DNA of 64,000 bases, taken from assembly GCA_905250885.1 (NCBI GenBank), contig CAJNOQ010000174.1, forward strand, positions 1,697 to 65,696, in the 5' to 3' direction. This document shows positions 1-11,499 of this stretch, one piece after another (position 1 is the stretch's first letter; each line of letters starts with the position of its first letter). The position numbers were made by a program, and so were the translations under genes. Under the pieces are notes generated by a model. It had not been told where the DNA came from and made no database searches. It was given only the letters and a program-made list of their open reading frames with translations. Origin of the DNA: Didymodactylos carnosus (Eukaryota).

Positions 1-3000
1 GAAGCCAACCTTTATTCAAATCGTATAAAAACTGCGCAGCACCACCTTCGTTAAAACTATTATCTTGTATTACCTGTCATAAAATACCATAGATTATTTA
101 CCAATTTTTATCAATAATAGAATATTACTTACACAACTGAAAAGAAATTCGTCAAATTTTTTTAATATTTTTTGAAATATGTTATGATAAATTGTTTTCA
201 TTAATGATGTAGATAAAGTGGAAAATATAAATTGAATTTCTAATAGTATTTCAGAACATGATGGTAATACATTCATACTAAAATAATCTTTGGCATTTGG
301 AAATGATGACCAACTATAAAAGACAAAACGAGAAGACTAAACTATTTTCTTGACAATAATAGAACTATAGTATAGAAGATAAAAAATGTCTACCGTTCTT
401 TTATATATCGTCGACTTTTTGATTTGAGTATTTTTAATGTATGGCTAATAATTGAGTCACAATATTGTTCTTGAGTATTTCTATATGATTTAAGAACTAT
501 GTCCAACACTGTTTCCGAGTTATCCTTAGTCACAAGAGTATTTTCAGATAAAATCGACGATGGCTATTAAAACAAAAGTAAATGTGACGAAATGACTAGT
601 AAAAAGAGAATAAAATAAAAAAACGTACTTGTGTTAAGTCAAATTGTTGTGCCAAAGTTGGATCAATTATCAGTCTCATATTATCATGTATCTCGTCAAT
701 TTGCTCATTCTCTTTTACTGGACGAGAAATTCCATATTTATTTTCAAATGCAACATACTTTCTATATGCAGATTGTAAACATAAAAATTCCCAGAAAAGA
801 GAGAAAAAAATAGTGCTCCATTGAATATACAAGTTTTACTGATTATTACCGGTTTGATTCTCCATTGCTCAATTACATCAGCTACATAACCAATAGAATT
901 CAATAATGAACAAAATTGTTTTGATAATGGTTCTAATTGTTGTTGTGAATCAGACGAAATTATAGAACGATGATATTCATTGATAACATCAATTTCCAGT
1001 GATAATAATCTCAAAGCACACGAAGGATAAGGTACATACCGATAGCGATCTAAATTAAAGAGTAACAAAAAAACAAGATGAAATATGAACTCTATGTTAA
1101 TTTATTGAGGTTAGCTATGAGCTTTAAAACTAGTAATCTTAGGATTTCGAAAGACTGACGGAAGAGCACATAATATCTAGAATCACTTTTATCTGTTTTT
1201 AAGTGTTATCTTGAAAAAACATCGCACCTTTGACATTAGTGTGCTTGAGTATGACGTAATTTGTTGCTCTATACAAAGAAGTTTGAAGTATAAACCACTC
1301 CATCACATGACAAGCACAAAGAAGATAAATACATAAGACAAAGGAATAAAAGAGTAGTTTCTTTCCTTTCTTTCTTTTTTTTTTTATTTATTCTTCTATC
1401 TAAATGTTTCATCTCATATTTCTAATATGCATAAAATTGATAATAGCAGTCACAAATAATACTGATGATGATGATTTTGATAGACCAGTGCTAGCTCTTG
1501 CAAGCGATACATCAATACATTTAGCTCAAATAATTGAACTGAATCATGATTTTGATGAAATAAAACGAATTTATCAACAGAATAAGTCGATTTATAAATT
1601 CAACAGTTTAACATCAAATATTGAAACAGAATCAATATATGTGTGTACTCAAACAACAATTTACATTTTAAACTATGATCAACAATCTAAATGGTTACTA
1701 ACTCCACTTATACCTGTTGATGATACACCATGTTTAAGTAGTTTGTACTATGCTCAAACATCTTGGAACACACTAATATGGTCCTATCGACATGCTGTTA
1801 TAGAATATCAGTTGAGTGAATTAGTAAAACATCGACTATGGAATACAACCTATTTTATTAATTATTTCATCTATAATGAAACAGAAGACGGTTCTATTTA
1901 TTTGAGCGTTAGTGCAGCCGCAACAGAAAAAACATCTTATATAATTCGATGTAAATATACATTTTCATTATGGTTATCGTCTTGTATCATAATGGATAGT
2001 GGTTACTCTGATATATGTTCAATGTTTATAAGTGACAGTCAATTGTATTTAGCAGATAGAATTCAAAAACAAATTTATCAATTAACAATTATAAATGGCA
2101 TTGTGAAACGAAAACATACGTTATCATTAAATTCATCACAAGTAGCTGATATACATTCGTTAATTGCTTACAAACACTATGTTATTTGGTTAACATTAAG
2201 TGGTCATGTACGATTATACTCATTTAAAACGAATTTGACAAGAACATTGTTTTGGATCAATGAAGATCTTTATACATTACAATTGATACCGTTTGGTAGT
2301 TGGAATCAAACCTCAACAACTACAATACATTCATCTTCCACCACGATGCTCACTCATACTTCGATAAAAACGACGATGACATCATCAAGAAATATTTTGC
2401 TTAATACAAATCCATGGAAAACAACATCGTATATAACAACAATATTGATGAGTGTGGCCCTCTTTCTTTGTGCATCAATGATTACATACATGATGATAAC
2501 ATATAAATACAGTCAACGTATACCAAGTTTTACAAATATACTACACGTACTAAGACGTCGAAGAGAAAATGAACGAAATAATCTATTTACGGTATCCATG
2601 AATGAATCGACTACGTAACAGAATATTTTGAATCACTCTGAATTTAGAAAAGTGAATATTTCGTTAATATATTACTCAAAAGTCCTCTTAGTTTGAACAG
2701 AGAATTTTAATATACTACTATAATAAACTATTTTAAGTAAATACCTTCCATTGCATGAAGTAAAGTTAAAAATGTTTCAGCACATTCTGGAATTTTTAAA
2801 TCATCATTTGTTTTTTCTAATATTTTATCGTAAACAGACGTGAATGCTGTCGATGATTGAAAAATCTCTCGTAGTCTAACTTTGGCAGCTAAAAAAAGAT
2901 TAAAGACAACATTAGTTATCTGTTGTGTGTGCCTAAAATAATGTTATATAACATACTGTCTTGTTCCAATTGATACCATTTTTCAAAAATAACTTCATCA

Positions 3001-4567
3001 CATAATAAATTCATACAACTTGGTAAGTCTTTAGGATAATCACAATCTGTATCGTATAAACGTTGTGAAAATATCAATATTTCTTGCACATAATGTTTAA
3101 AAGTAGTCGTATTTGTCAAAACAAATGTCATTTCACTGTCAATTTTAGCTACAACAAGTTCTAGTAGACCACGTATAAATTCTATCTAAACAGAAAACAA
3201 AAAACCTTGTTTTATACCTCATCAAAGCTAATAAAAAGACTTTTGAATAATTACTTTTGCATTGATATGTGAATATTGAAATTCAACTAAAATTGGTTGA
3301 ATTTTTACACTAAGAAAATAATTATGTTCGATTATCCAACTCGTAATCTGATTTAAAAACCATTCAGGCTAGAAAAAAACGAAAAATAAAAATAATTTCT
3401 AATGTTTGACATTTTACACTTCTATAAATACTACTACTTTACTTTTGCCATGTTGTTTGTTTTCTTATCACCATAAAAATGAAATAGAAAACGTTTTTTC
3501 AATGGTTGTATTAAAAATAGAATAAACAATGGCAATGGTTTCCAACCGGGAAAACGTAATTTTGACTTTGTATCTGTATGTTTAGAATTTGTCGGTAATC
3601 GTATGCGTAATATCAAGTGAAAACATTGTTTAAATTCTTCATAATAACTAGTGAATAAATCGTTAAGAATTGATGCTGATGTTCTATTAATGTAAGGATA
3701 TTGAATAGATTTCAGTAGTTCTTCCATACGTCTAAAAACAAGTATAAAGATGAATAGACAAATGTATAGAAATACTGAATGATTGATTACTTACACGCTT
3801 AACTTTACTTTTAACTGTTCATACCAGTACGCTGTTAAATTTTCACTATAATTACGTAAATGTTCACTCGATGTATCTTTGATAATTTCAGTTAAATTAA
3901 TTAAGTTTTCATAGACACCAATGCATTCATACATTTGATTTTTTTCTAATAATCGTTTTAAATTTTCACTAAAATAAATAAGAGATATCAATTTGTAACA
4001 AGTATTTTGTTATATGAAGCATCTTCTGAAGATTATCTTTAGCTATCTAAGTTTTTAAATAAAAATTTTTTTATTATCACCTTTGTCTTTGAAATTGTTC
4101 TAAACATTTCATATAATAAACAGTTTTTTTCATTTCATTCAATCGTTTCATGTTTATACGAAAATCTTGTGCAAGAGTCTCAGTTAAATCTTCATGCGTT
4201 TTTATTTCAATCGATAATTTTCGTTCTTCAGTTTGTAACTGTCCATGTTGTTTCAATAATATATTTGCTTGTTTAACTGTTGTTTTTAATTGATTTATCA
4301 CTGATACTGAATTACCGGGAAAAAACTAATACAATAGAAAAAAACATAAAACTGATACACAGTCATTTGACAAGTCACATATACACAACTGACCTGTTGA
4401 TCAAGTAATTTTCGATCATCTTCAGCTTTTTTTAAAAATTTCGCTAAGAAATGTTCCGAATTATTTATTTCATCCGCCGAAATATCCACATCTTCATTTA
4501 CATAAGAAATTAATTGTGTCCAAAAGTCATTGTCATTTTTACTATTTGATTTTAGAGTCATTCTCAT
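1..4567 (-). CDS. RINT1: RAD50-interacting protein 1 (RINT1, TIP20-domain) homolog; multi-exon, start codon at 4567, 3' part continues beyond window start
   Basis: Minus-strand exons translate to segments I align from memory to human RINT1 in the same order:
- exon 1 (4567 to ~4390) MRMTLKSN...KLLDQQ, ending at donor CAG|gtcagt;
- ~4318-4079, a coiled-coil segment;
- 3991-3795;
- 3727-3440, ...LIQPLKKRFLFHFYGDKKTN vs human [20 protein letters not shown];
- ~3366-3256, PEWFLNQITSWIIEHNYFL vs PEWYLAQVLMWIGNHTEFL;
- ~3188-2960, EFIRGLLELVVAKID... vs EFSRGLMMLVLEKLATD;
- ~2888-2751, IPECAETFLTLLHAMEG vs VPDCAETFMTLLLVITD;
- 1068-~850, FCSLLNSIGYVADVIEQW vs [20 protein letters not shown];
- 832-~600 and 276-~94;
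- 75-1, NEGGAAQ motif.
All junctions are canonical GT-AG. Exon boundaries other than the start are approximate. Confidence 0.8.
1404..2618 (+). CDS. Hypothetical type I membrane glycoprotein, 404 aa: hydrophobic N-terminus, many N-glycosylation sequons, Ser/Thr-rich stalk, one C-terminal transmembrane helix followed by a basic stretch. Single exon, nested antisense inside a RINT1 intron
   Basis: An uninterrupted 1215-nt ORF is exceptional in a ~30% GC genome where random ORFs are short. N-terminal MFHLIFLICIKLIIAVT looks signal-like. There are at least 10 NxS/T sites. The stalk reads TSTTTIHSSSTTMLTHTSIKTTMTSS. The TM helix YITTILMSVALFLCASMITYMMITY is followed by KYSQR...RRRR. A pyrimidine-rich tract lies just upstream of the ATG. 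The ORF sits wholly within the ~1.7 kb RINT1 intron (between exon ~2751-2888 and exon ending 1068) on the opposite strand. No family recognised. Confidence 0.55.
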   Translation: MFHLIFLICIKLIIAVTNNTDDDDFDRPVLALASDTSIHLAQIIELNHDFDEIKRIYQQNKSIYKFNSLTSNIETESIYVCTQTTIYILNYDQQSKWLLTPLIPVDDTPCLSSLYYAQTSWNTLIWSYRHAVIEYQLSELVKHRLWNTTYFINYFIYNETEDGSIYLSVSAAATEKTSYIIRCKYTFSLWLSSCIIMDSGYSDICSMFISDSQLYLADRIQKQIYQLTIINGIVKRKHTLSLNSSQVADIHSLIAYKHYVIWLTLSGHVRLYSFKTNLTRTLFWINEDLYTLQLIPFGSWNQTSTTTIHSSSTTMLTHTSIKTTMTSSRNILLNTNPWKTTSYITTILMSVALFLCASMITYMMITYKYSQRIPSFTNILHVLRRRRENERNNLFTVSMNESTT

Positions 4568-5279
4568 CTACTAATTCTCACCGTTGATGAATGTACATTT
4601 AATGCTTCATAACAATATTGTTTTGCTTAGCACAATTCAAATCTATTAGATGTATGTGTGATGATTAATATTTCCTGATAGATACGTACGTTTATCAATA
4701 ATAATATTAATTTTTAACCATCGATGATCGTTTTTTTTTGTCGTAAAACATCTAATTCACATAAACGATATTTATTTAAAGTCTGAAAAAGAAAGAAATC
4801 ATATCAAATTAAGCAGTAGCAAGATTTTTCAACATAAATAGAAATAGTATTGCAGTTTACCTCGACAAAGTTGAATAGACTTTCAATTCCTCAGCTCATC
4901 AATCGTAAATAATTAGAAAGAGACTTTTCTGCTTTCTGATTTTTTGTCTTGCATCTAATGAAAATGAGACGAACTACGGAAAATGTTCAAACAAATACAT
5001 AAGAATCCAATCAGACAGATGGACACTGAAAATATTGGATTGGTGACACAACTTCAACCGCTGTACGGCATATAAACTAGCAGCAATGAATTCAGTTTTG
5101 TAGTTTACTGTAAACTTTAATTCATGTGTTTGAGTCCGAATTTCTGCACAATTGATACTACGCCTTTTTCCATAGATTAGAATACACTAATGAATTTATC
5201 AGGAATTGTATTCTGGAACAATAATTCAACATAGCGTACGCGTTTTTTTGCTAATATCTTATTAGTAAGTAAGTTTATT

Positions 5280-6120
5280 CACGTGAAGTGGCAGTCGTCA
5301 AAAGTCACCGACCTATAATAACAGCGGTTCAAGCCAAACAATAAAAAGACAAAACAAAATTTAGAACATAGGAGCGACAAAAGAAATAAACAGTAGAACA
5401 AATACAAAAGTCAAAAGAAAACAACAAAAAAAGAAACCTAACATGCACACGAGATGAATAGTAATATGGCAAAATGTTTACTGTAAAAGATATTGAGATA
5501 AAGGACTTTTAAGTGATGACAAAGGAGAAAAACGATTTACTGATGCATATAGTTTATTCCAGTCAGAGACAGTTCTGTAGAAAAACGAGGAGTGAACTGT
5601 ATGGGAAGAAACACAATTAATAAGAGGTGGATTACGAACATAGTTACAGTGATGGCAGCATAAAGAAGTGTAGTGTAGCCGATGAATAGGGTAAAAGACA
5701 AGAAGAAGGCTCAAACGACGATAAATTTTTCAAAAACTGTATGAATCTAAAGTATTTGTGGCGAAAAGAGATATTTGAGAGAGAGTTGTGACACAAGAAA
5801 AGAGACAGAAGAATTATAATGAAAGTTATGAGAAATAACACGTGAAATCGGTTTAGTTATACAGTGAAGGAGAGAAAGAGAAAACGAACTATCATAAAAG
5901 GCACAACAATCATTAATTTTAAGAGGAATATAGACAAAAAAGATTCGATACTAAAGTTTCTGGCGGAATTATTCCATGGACACGACTCAGTACACTTTGC
6001 TTACGCTGGCAAGAACAATGTCTTTAGTACGCTCGCTTCACCTCAGCGTGACGGAAACCAGAGCACCAAGACAGCATACTGAAGAAATAACAGTGAGAGG
6101 CTGCGAGAAATGTTATTTAG
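5280..6120 (+). repeat. Strand-asymmetric purine-rich (A/G-rich on plus strand) low-complexity block of about 0.85 kb
   Basis: Long runs such as AAAAGACAAAACAAAATTTAGAACATAGGAGCGACAAAAGAAATAAACAGTAGAACAAATACAAAAGTCAAAAGAAAACAACAAAAAAAGAAACC and GAGAGAGAGTTGTGACACAAGAAAAGAGACAGAAGAA. GC content is visibly higher than in flanking sequence. No convincing ORF. Confidence 0.5.
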
Positions 6121-6399
6121 GTATTCGTCTAACAAACAAACACTGATTGGTCAAAAACTTCCTTCAATTAAAAACTCATAGTTGTCGCTGTATTTCATAA
6201 AATCGCCAAATACAAATCTTGTAACATGTAAAAGGAAAAAGTCAAGGAATCCAATAACTTTTGCCCAAAACACAGTGTGCGACAACGTGAACATTAGGGG
6301 AAAAAACGAAAATGAGTTTTTCCAGGATTCAATTAGTGACCAATATGCACTACAAAATGTCCGATTTAACGGTGAAAAATTTTCATGCAAATACTTAAT

Positions 6400-7300
6400 T
6401 TCGCCGAGAAAAGTAAGTCGTGATTTTTAGTAGTTTTTGCGCATTTTCTCGGAAAAAACGCTTTTTTACGGCGGAAGAACGCAAACATAAAAACATAAAA
6501 CTGATATATTGTGAAAGAGGATGAGTTAGGCTATCGATTCATAAAATATTTTTGGAATTAGCCGGTTTTTGGCGGAAGAATTGTTTATTTTTTTCTTTGG
6601 CAGGAGCTTCCGAAAGCGATGCATTTGGAAAAGTGAGCGCCCCTCCACATCCTCGCTCCGTTTTCGATGAAACTTTCAGCAATTGTTCCTCTATGTGGTA
6701 CATCTATAGGGAATGTGCAAACATGCGCAAATGCTTCTAAGCGGTGTTGCAGATTTTACAAAAAACGTCAGTTTTCAGTGGTTTTTCGAGGTTTTTTGCA
6801 TTTTATGATACTCTAATTGAAAAAATAAGGACATATTCGGAATCAGCGTAAAAAACTGCATCGAATGGTGTATAACTCATTGGCTTTTGGACATATACTT
6901 TTGAATCTTATCGAATTCTTAGATTTTGGGATCGGCACGTAGAATTTTTGCCCGAAAATTTAAAATCATGAACGCTTCTAAAATATTTTTCGATAGGTTT
7001 TCAGCGATGCTCTTTCCAATGGAATGGTTTTTGAATTCTGATAAAGTTTTTGAAGTGGTTTGGAGAGATTCGGTCTCTGGAAAACCCCTTGCGAAACTTT
7101 TTTAAAACTCGAAAACCATTCGGTTGGAAAGAGCGTCGTAGAAGACCTATAGAAAAATGGTTTAGATACGTTTGGACTGCTTTCAAAACTGATGTCCACG
7201 TGCTTAGTCAAAATTGCCCACTGTGCAAAACAAGAAGTTTAAAGATTGAAAATAACTCGAGTCTTCAAACTTAGTTGTTCCTGAACAAAAGAAACTTTTC
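6400..7300. repeat. Dispersed repeat, copy 1 (about 0.9 kb); copy 2 is at 11500-12400
   Basis: Shared blocks include CATCTATAGGGAATGTGCAAACATGCGCAAATGCTTCTAAGC vs CATCTATCGTGAATGTGCAAGTCATCCAGG..., GCATCGAATGGTG at both, and CACGTGCTTAGTCAAAATTGCCCACTGTGC vs CACGTGCGTAGTCAAAATTGCTCACTGTGC. Confidence 0.6.
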
Positions 7301-7857
7301 ATTTGACTTTTCACTTGAATTTCAGCGGTAAAAAGAAAAATATTTGATTTCTGGAAAACGTTTCTTGAAAAATAAGAATGATTTCTCATTCTTTAATCCT
7401 AAAGAAAGAAACAAAATGAAAGCGTTATCTGAAAAGATAGAGTCCGGAAACCAGCTTTTGCGTGCTATACAAGATAATGCAGACCAAAGGATGCATTTGT
7501 CAAAGTCCATTCAGATCGCTATCGTTCTAAACATATGTTCTATCCTCCTATTTCTAATACTTCTCATGTAAATCAATTTTCATTCATGAAAAAAGAAAGT
7601 ATTTCAAGCTATATAGTTTTTTCTTTGTTTCACAAACGAATTTTCAGTACATCATAAGAAAACAAACACGAGTTGTTCAAAAAATTTCAATAAACACAAC
7701 GAACAATTAGAAAATGAATGGAAGATATGTTATTTTGACAAAGAGTTGTTGATTATCAAGACACAAATGTCTTATTTTTAGATCCTTGAGCGTCTTGAAA
7801 CAAGATTAGGCCCTTGCACGTCTAGTTAGACGAGAGACATTTGTTTACAGTATACAT

Positions 7858-7943
7858 ATATATATATATATATGGGTTTTCATTTTATAGTATATACATA
7901 TATATTATATATATATATACTATAAAATGAAAACCCATATTGA
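7858..7943. repeat. Perfect hairpin palindrome built around a (TA)n microsatellite
   Basis: TATACATATATATATATATATATGGGTTTTCATTTTATAGTATATACATATATATTATATATATATATACTATAAAATGAAAACCCATAT. Confidence 0.7.
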
Positions 7944-8806
7944 CACAACAGTTACCAGAAGGCTGAGAAATTTTACTTGTAACACGTTTTAAACGCGTAT
8001 GAAATCTAGAAAGCGTTTTAAACACGTACACTGTCTGTTTCAGTCGAATTGGAATGATTCGCCAAAATTAATCAGAAAAAATTTTGAACGAGCAGAAAAT
8101 ATCAAATATAGTACACAATGAAATATTTCCCTTTCGTTCTTTTTCTGCTCGATTAACCCTTTTAGAAATACTCAAACTAGACCATCATCAAACCATTCAG
8201 CAAGAATTGCTCACTACTGTTCATTAAATAAATACAAATTTAAGATATCAGATTGTGCTATGACTGTATGATATTCATAAAGCATTTCTTAACAATTAAA
8301 AATGTTATGAGAGGTAGTGATCCATCTGTACGATGACGAATTGATTAATAAGACACATGCAACAATACCATTTATAAATACCTATTGTTTTACATGAAAA
8401 TCGCGTAACTCTTCTACCGAAATGTCAATGCGTTATCCTTTTTCCTCTTTTTTGTTTATCTTATAATACTCGGAGGGAATATGATCGACTGCTGGAAAAC
8501 GCCTTGTAGAACAAAGTGTGCTCTTCAAAGTAAAGCATTGGTTTAATTCGAAATAATCAAGCGTTTTTCAGCCACGATCGAAATATCAAAAGTCCTGAAA
8601 AGAATTAAGGAGTTTTACGGATTCTTTCTGAGCATTAAGGGATCCTTCAAGCAATCGATCGAACAAATTTTTATTTAGTATAATTAATTATTCATCCTTT
8701 CGACAATACATTTAAAAAAATAAAGTTATATTAGTTTTTCTTATACGACTGAAAGGTTTGTGAAATAATTACAGTATGGATAACATTGGATATAAGAGTG
8801 CAAGAG

Positions 8807-9079
8807 CATATAACCGGAACAAAAAAATAAAGATGGTTTTGAGTTGTTGAAAAGCTCTTTTTCGTATTCAGCACACTCAACAACCCAGAAGATTTTCTAT
8901 TTTTGACGAGGAGAAAAATACTTCCAAAAGTTTAGTAAACATTTTGAAACAAAACAGCGCAAAAAGTTTTCATGGGAAAATAATATTAATTGAAAAATAT
9001 TCTGGGTTATCGAGTGTGCTGAACACGAAAAAGAACTTTTCAGCAACTCAAAACCAACTTTATTTTTTCCGGTGATATG
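8807..9079. mobile_element. Foldback MITE, family A (termini CATAtCACCGG ... CCGGTGATATG; the two halves are inverted complements of each other)
   Basis: The internal left half GTTTTGAGTTGTTGAAAAGCTCTTTTTCGTATTCAGCACACTCAACAACCCAGAAGATTTTCTATTTTTG is mirrored by ...TCTGGGTTATCGAGTGTGCTGAACACGAAAAAGAACTTTTCAGCAACTCAAAACCAAC. The same element recurs at 11958-12266, 56038-56352 and partially at 36250-36540. Confidence 0.8.
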
Positions 9080-9577
9080 ATTCCAATAATTACGGTGTAG
9101 ACTCCACACCATAATCCTAGAGCTTTTTTAACCTTTTAACTTGAGATTTCAGAACTCTACCTTAGAAAAGAATTTGCAAATCTATTATTTTATGAAAAGA
9201 CGTCTCCAGTTTCTTCTACCAGTTACGGAAAGCAGCAAAGTTTTATCTTTCTCCAATCAAAAATTACTCAGAAAACATTTTGAAACGATTAATAGAACAC
9301 GTCACCTTAGCTGATAAGATCCTTCACAACATGAATGAGTGCAAGAATCTATAGATGAAATATACTACACGACGAAGTCAAGCGATAGATGCACAAGAAA
9401 GTTTTATATTATAAAATATAGTATAATGTATTAACTGTATAACCTCCTTCGATATATTAACGTTAGAATACATGTTTATCATTCAGTGATACTAATTTAA
9501 TCAGAAGACGTTTCCATATTAAAAATGATAATTTCAATACTTTTTATCCCTATGCTAATTGTATACTGTAAAAAATA

Positions 9578-9756
9578 AAGTGTGCCCGAAACACATTGAA
9601 CTTGCACGTCACTTTGATTTGCATTTGCACAGCCAGAAATGCACGACGTGATGTGACAGAAACACATTGGCAAAATTTACACACGTAGAAAAAAACGCAC
9701 CAGTTTGATTCATATTTGCGCACTTAGACCTTTTACACATCTACGGGCACACTTTA
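9578..9756. repeat. Short foldback with inverted termini AAAGTGTGCCCG ... CGGGCACACTTT (MITE candidate)
   Basis: AAAGTGTGCCCGAAACACATTG ... CACATCTACGGGCACACTTTATAT. The internal region is rich in GCAC and TGCA repeats. Confidence 0.45.
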
Positions 9757-11499
9757 TATTTACAGTGTAACGATACTCGTTATACGCCTTTTTTGATCAT
9801 GTTCTAAATCAATATGCGACAGTTTATTATTGTAAATTCTCTAAAAGTTAAGTTAATCAAATTCTCAGCAAAAACAATAACCAACAGCTCAAAAAGTCGT
9901 TTTACTCAAAAGAAAGATATTTTTAATTTAAACTTTCATTTTTTTAAATTTTTTTATCCAAGATTTTAATTAATTGAAATACCACATTATTAAAAGAAAG
10001 AGATCTATGTCAATGTCTAGAATACTGGAAACCTGCAAATATTCCCTCTTTTTTTTTGCTATGCGAAACGCTTTTATTTGTTTTCGGTATTTTTAATTTG
10101 CTAGAAAGTATTTAGTTTGCACGGGTTGCTCTATCGGACCATATTGTTATGAATGTTCACGATGATGAGTTAAACTCGTCGTCACTTAATATGTAAGTAA
10201 GAAAATAATCAAAAAGCTGTATATTCAAACAATGGGTTATGCATTATTCACTTTTTAGTTAAAAGCCACTTGCAATATAAAGTAGTCGGGTTTTAAAAAT
10301 CTCTATAGAACTCAATCATATGTTAAATCCTTATTTAACAAATATAATTTTAATTATACTGTGAAGAAAATTAATTGATAAGTAATATTAGTGATATCAT
10401 CTGTATACCGTTAAGAAGCACTGGATTTTGTAATAAGGTTAATCAAGATATCTTTCCCAATAAAAATTTATAACTCTATAACAGCTTGTTCTCCAGTTCT
10501 CAAACCCGTCCCACATAGGTAGTTTAACATGCTCGACAATCTAGCACTATCAGAATGTGTTTTGAGAAAACTTCGTTAAAGATTTCTAGAGACCCTAAAT
10601 ATGAACACAGGTCCAGAAAGATCGTATGGAAACGGATGAATATTAGTGATTCGAGAGCAAAGGTGATCGATAAAGAGATAAGCGTTCCGAAGTAGTACGT
10701 TCGCAAAAACTTGTGGAATTGACATCACAACCCAACACTACAAGGATCTATTCTGGGATTGCTTAGCAGCTTTCTCAAAGACTTCTGAAGGCTGTACTAG
10801 CTCATGCTAAGAAAGAAACCGTTCCTCAATTAATCGTTGCGTTTTGATGGCTTGTGAATAGCAACCAAAAATTTTTTTTGTCTTCGTTCTCAGCGAAATA
10901 TTCGTCGTAGCCTATCCTAGCACTGTTATCGCGATGATTTATCCATGGGTGATGGTAGGCGAGTGAGTCGATTGATGTCTGGAATATCGACAGATGACTT
11001 GATGCTTTAGATAAATTAATGAAAAGTTACCCTTTTCTTCCCACTGAGATGGAGATGTTTTTGAAACCGACGCAAATTTTAAAAATCACCTACATCCAGC
11101 TTTCAATTCACTTTTATTCATTTTCAGCTTTTCAATTCACTGTTTTCTTCCAAAACACTTTTTTCTGAAGTGACTGACTCTTCTCAAGTCCTCCGATGAC
11201 GCTATCTTTATCAAATAATTTTCTTTATATCTTAGAGTGAAACTGATACAAAGTAAACAAACGGTATAATGTTAGTTATGAAAACAAAAAAATTGTTATG
11301 AGCAATGTCAGATAAGTTATGAGGATTTTCGTACGCGTAGTTTGCCTATGCACAATGGGCAATTACGTGGATTAGGTGAAAAAATGGAAGAGCACTTTTT
11401 TAATATTCTAATAGTGTCAAATATACTTTGAAATACGCTCTAATTAATAGCATAAAAGTTTTTGTCCCAACTGTCATAGTTTTTCGGAAAATATTTATG

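Noticed and set aside
5300-5345. Possible tRNA-like T-arm (GCGGTTCAAGCC)
   Set aside because: No matching acceptor stem, D-arm or anticodon arm could be folded by eye in flanking sequence. Not called.
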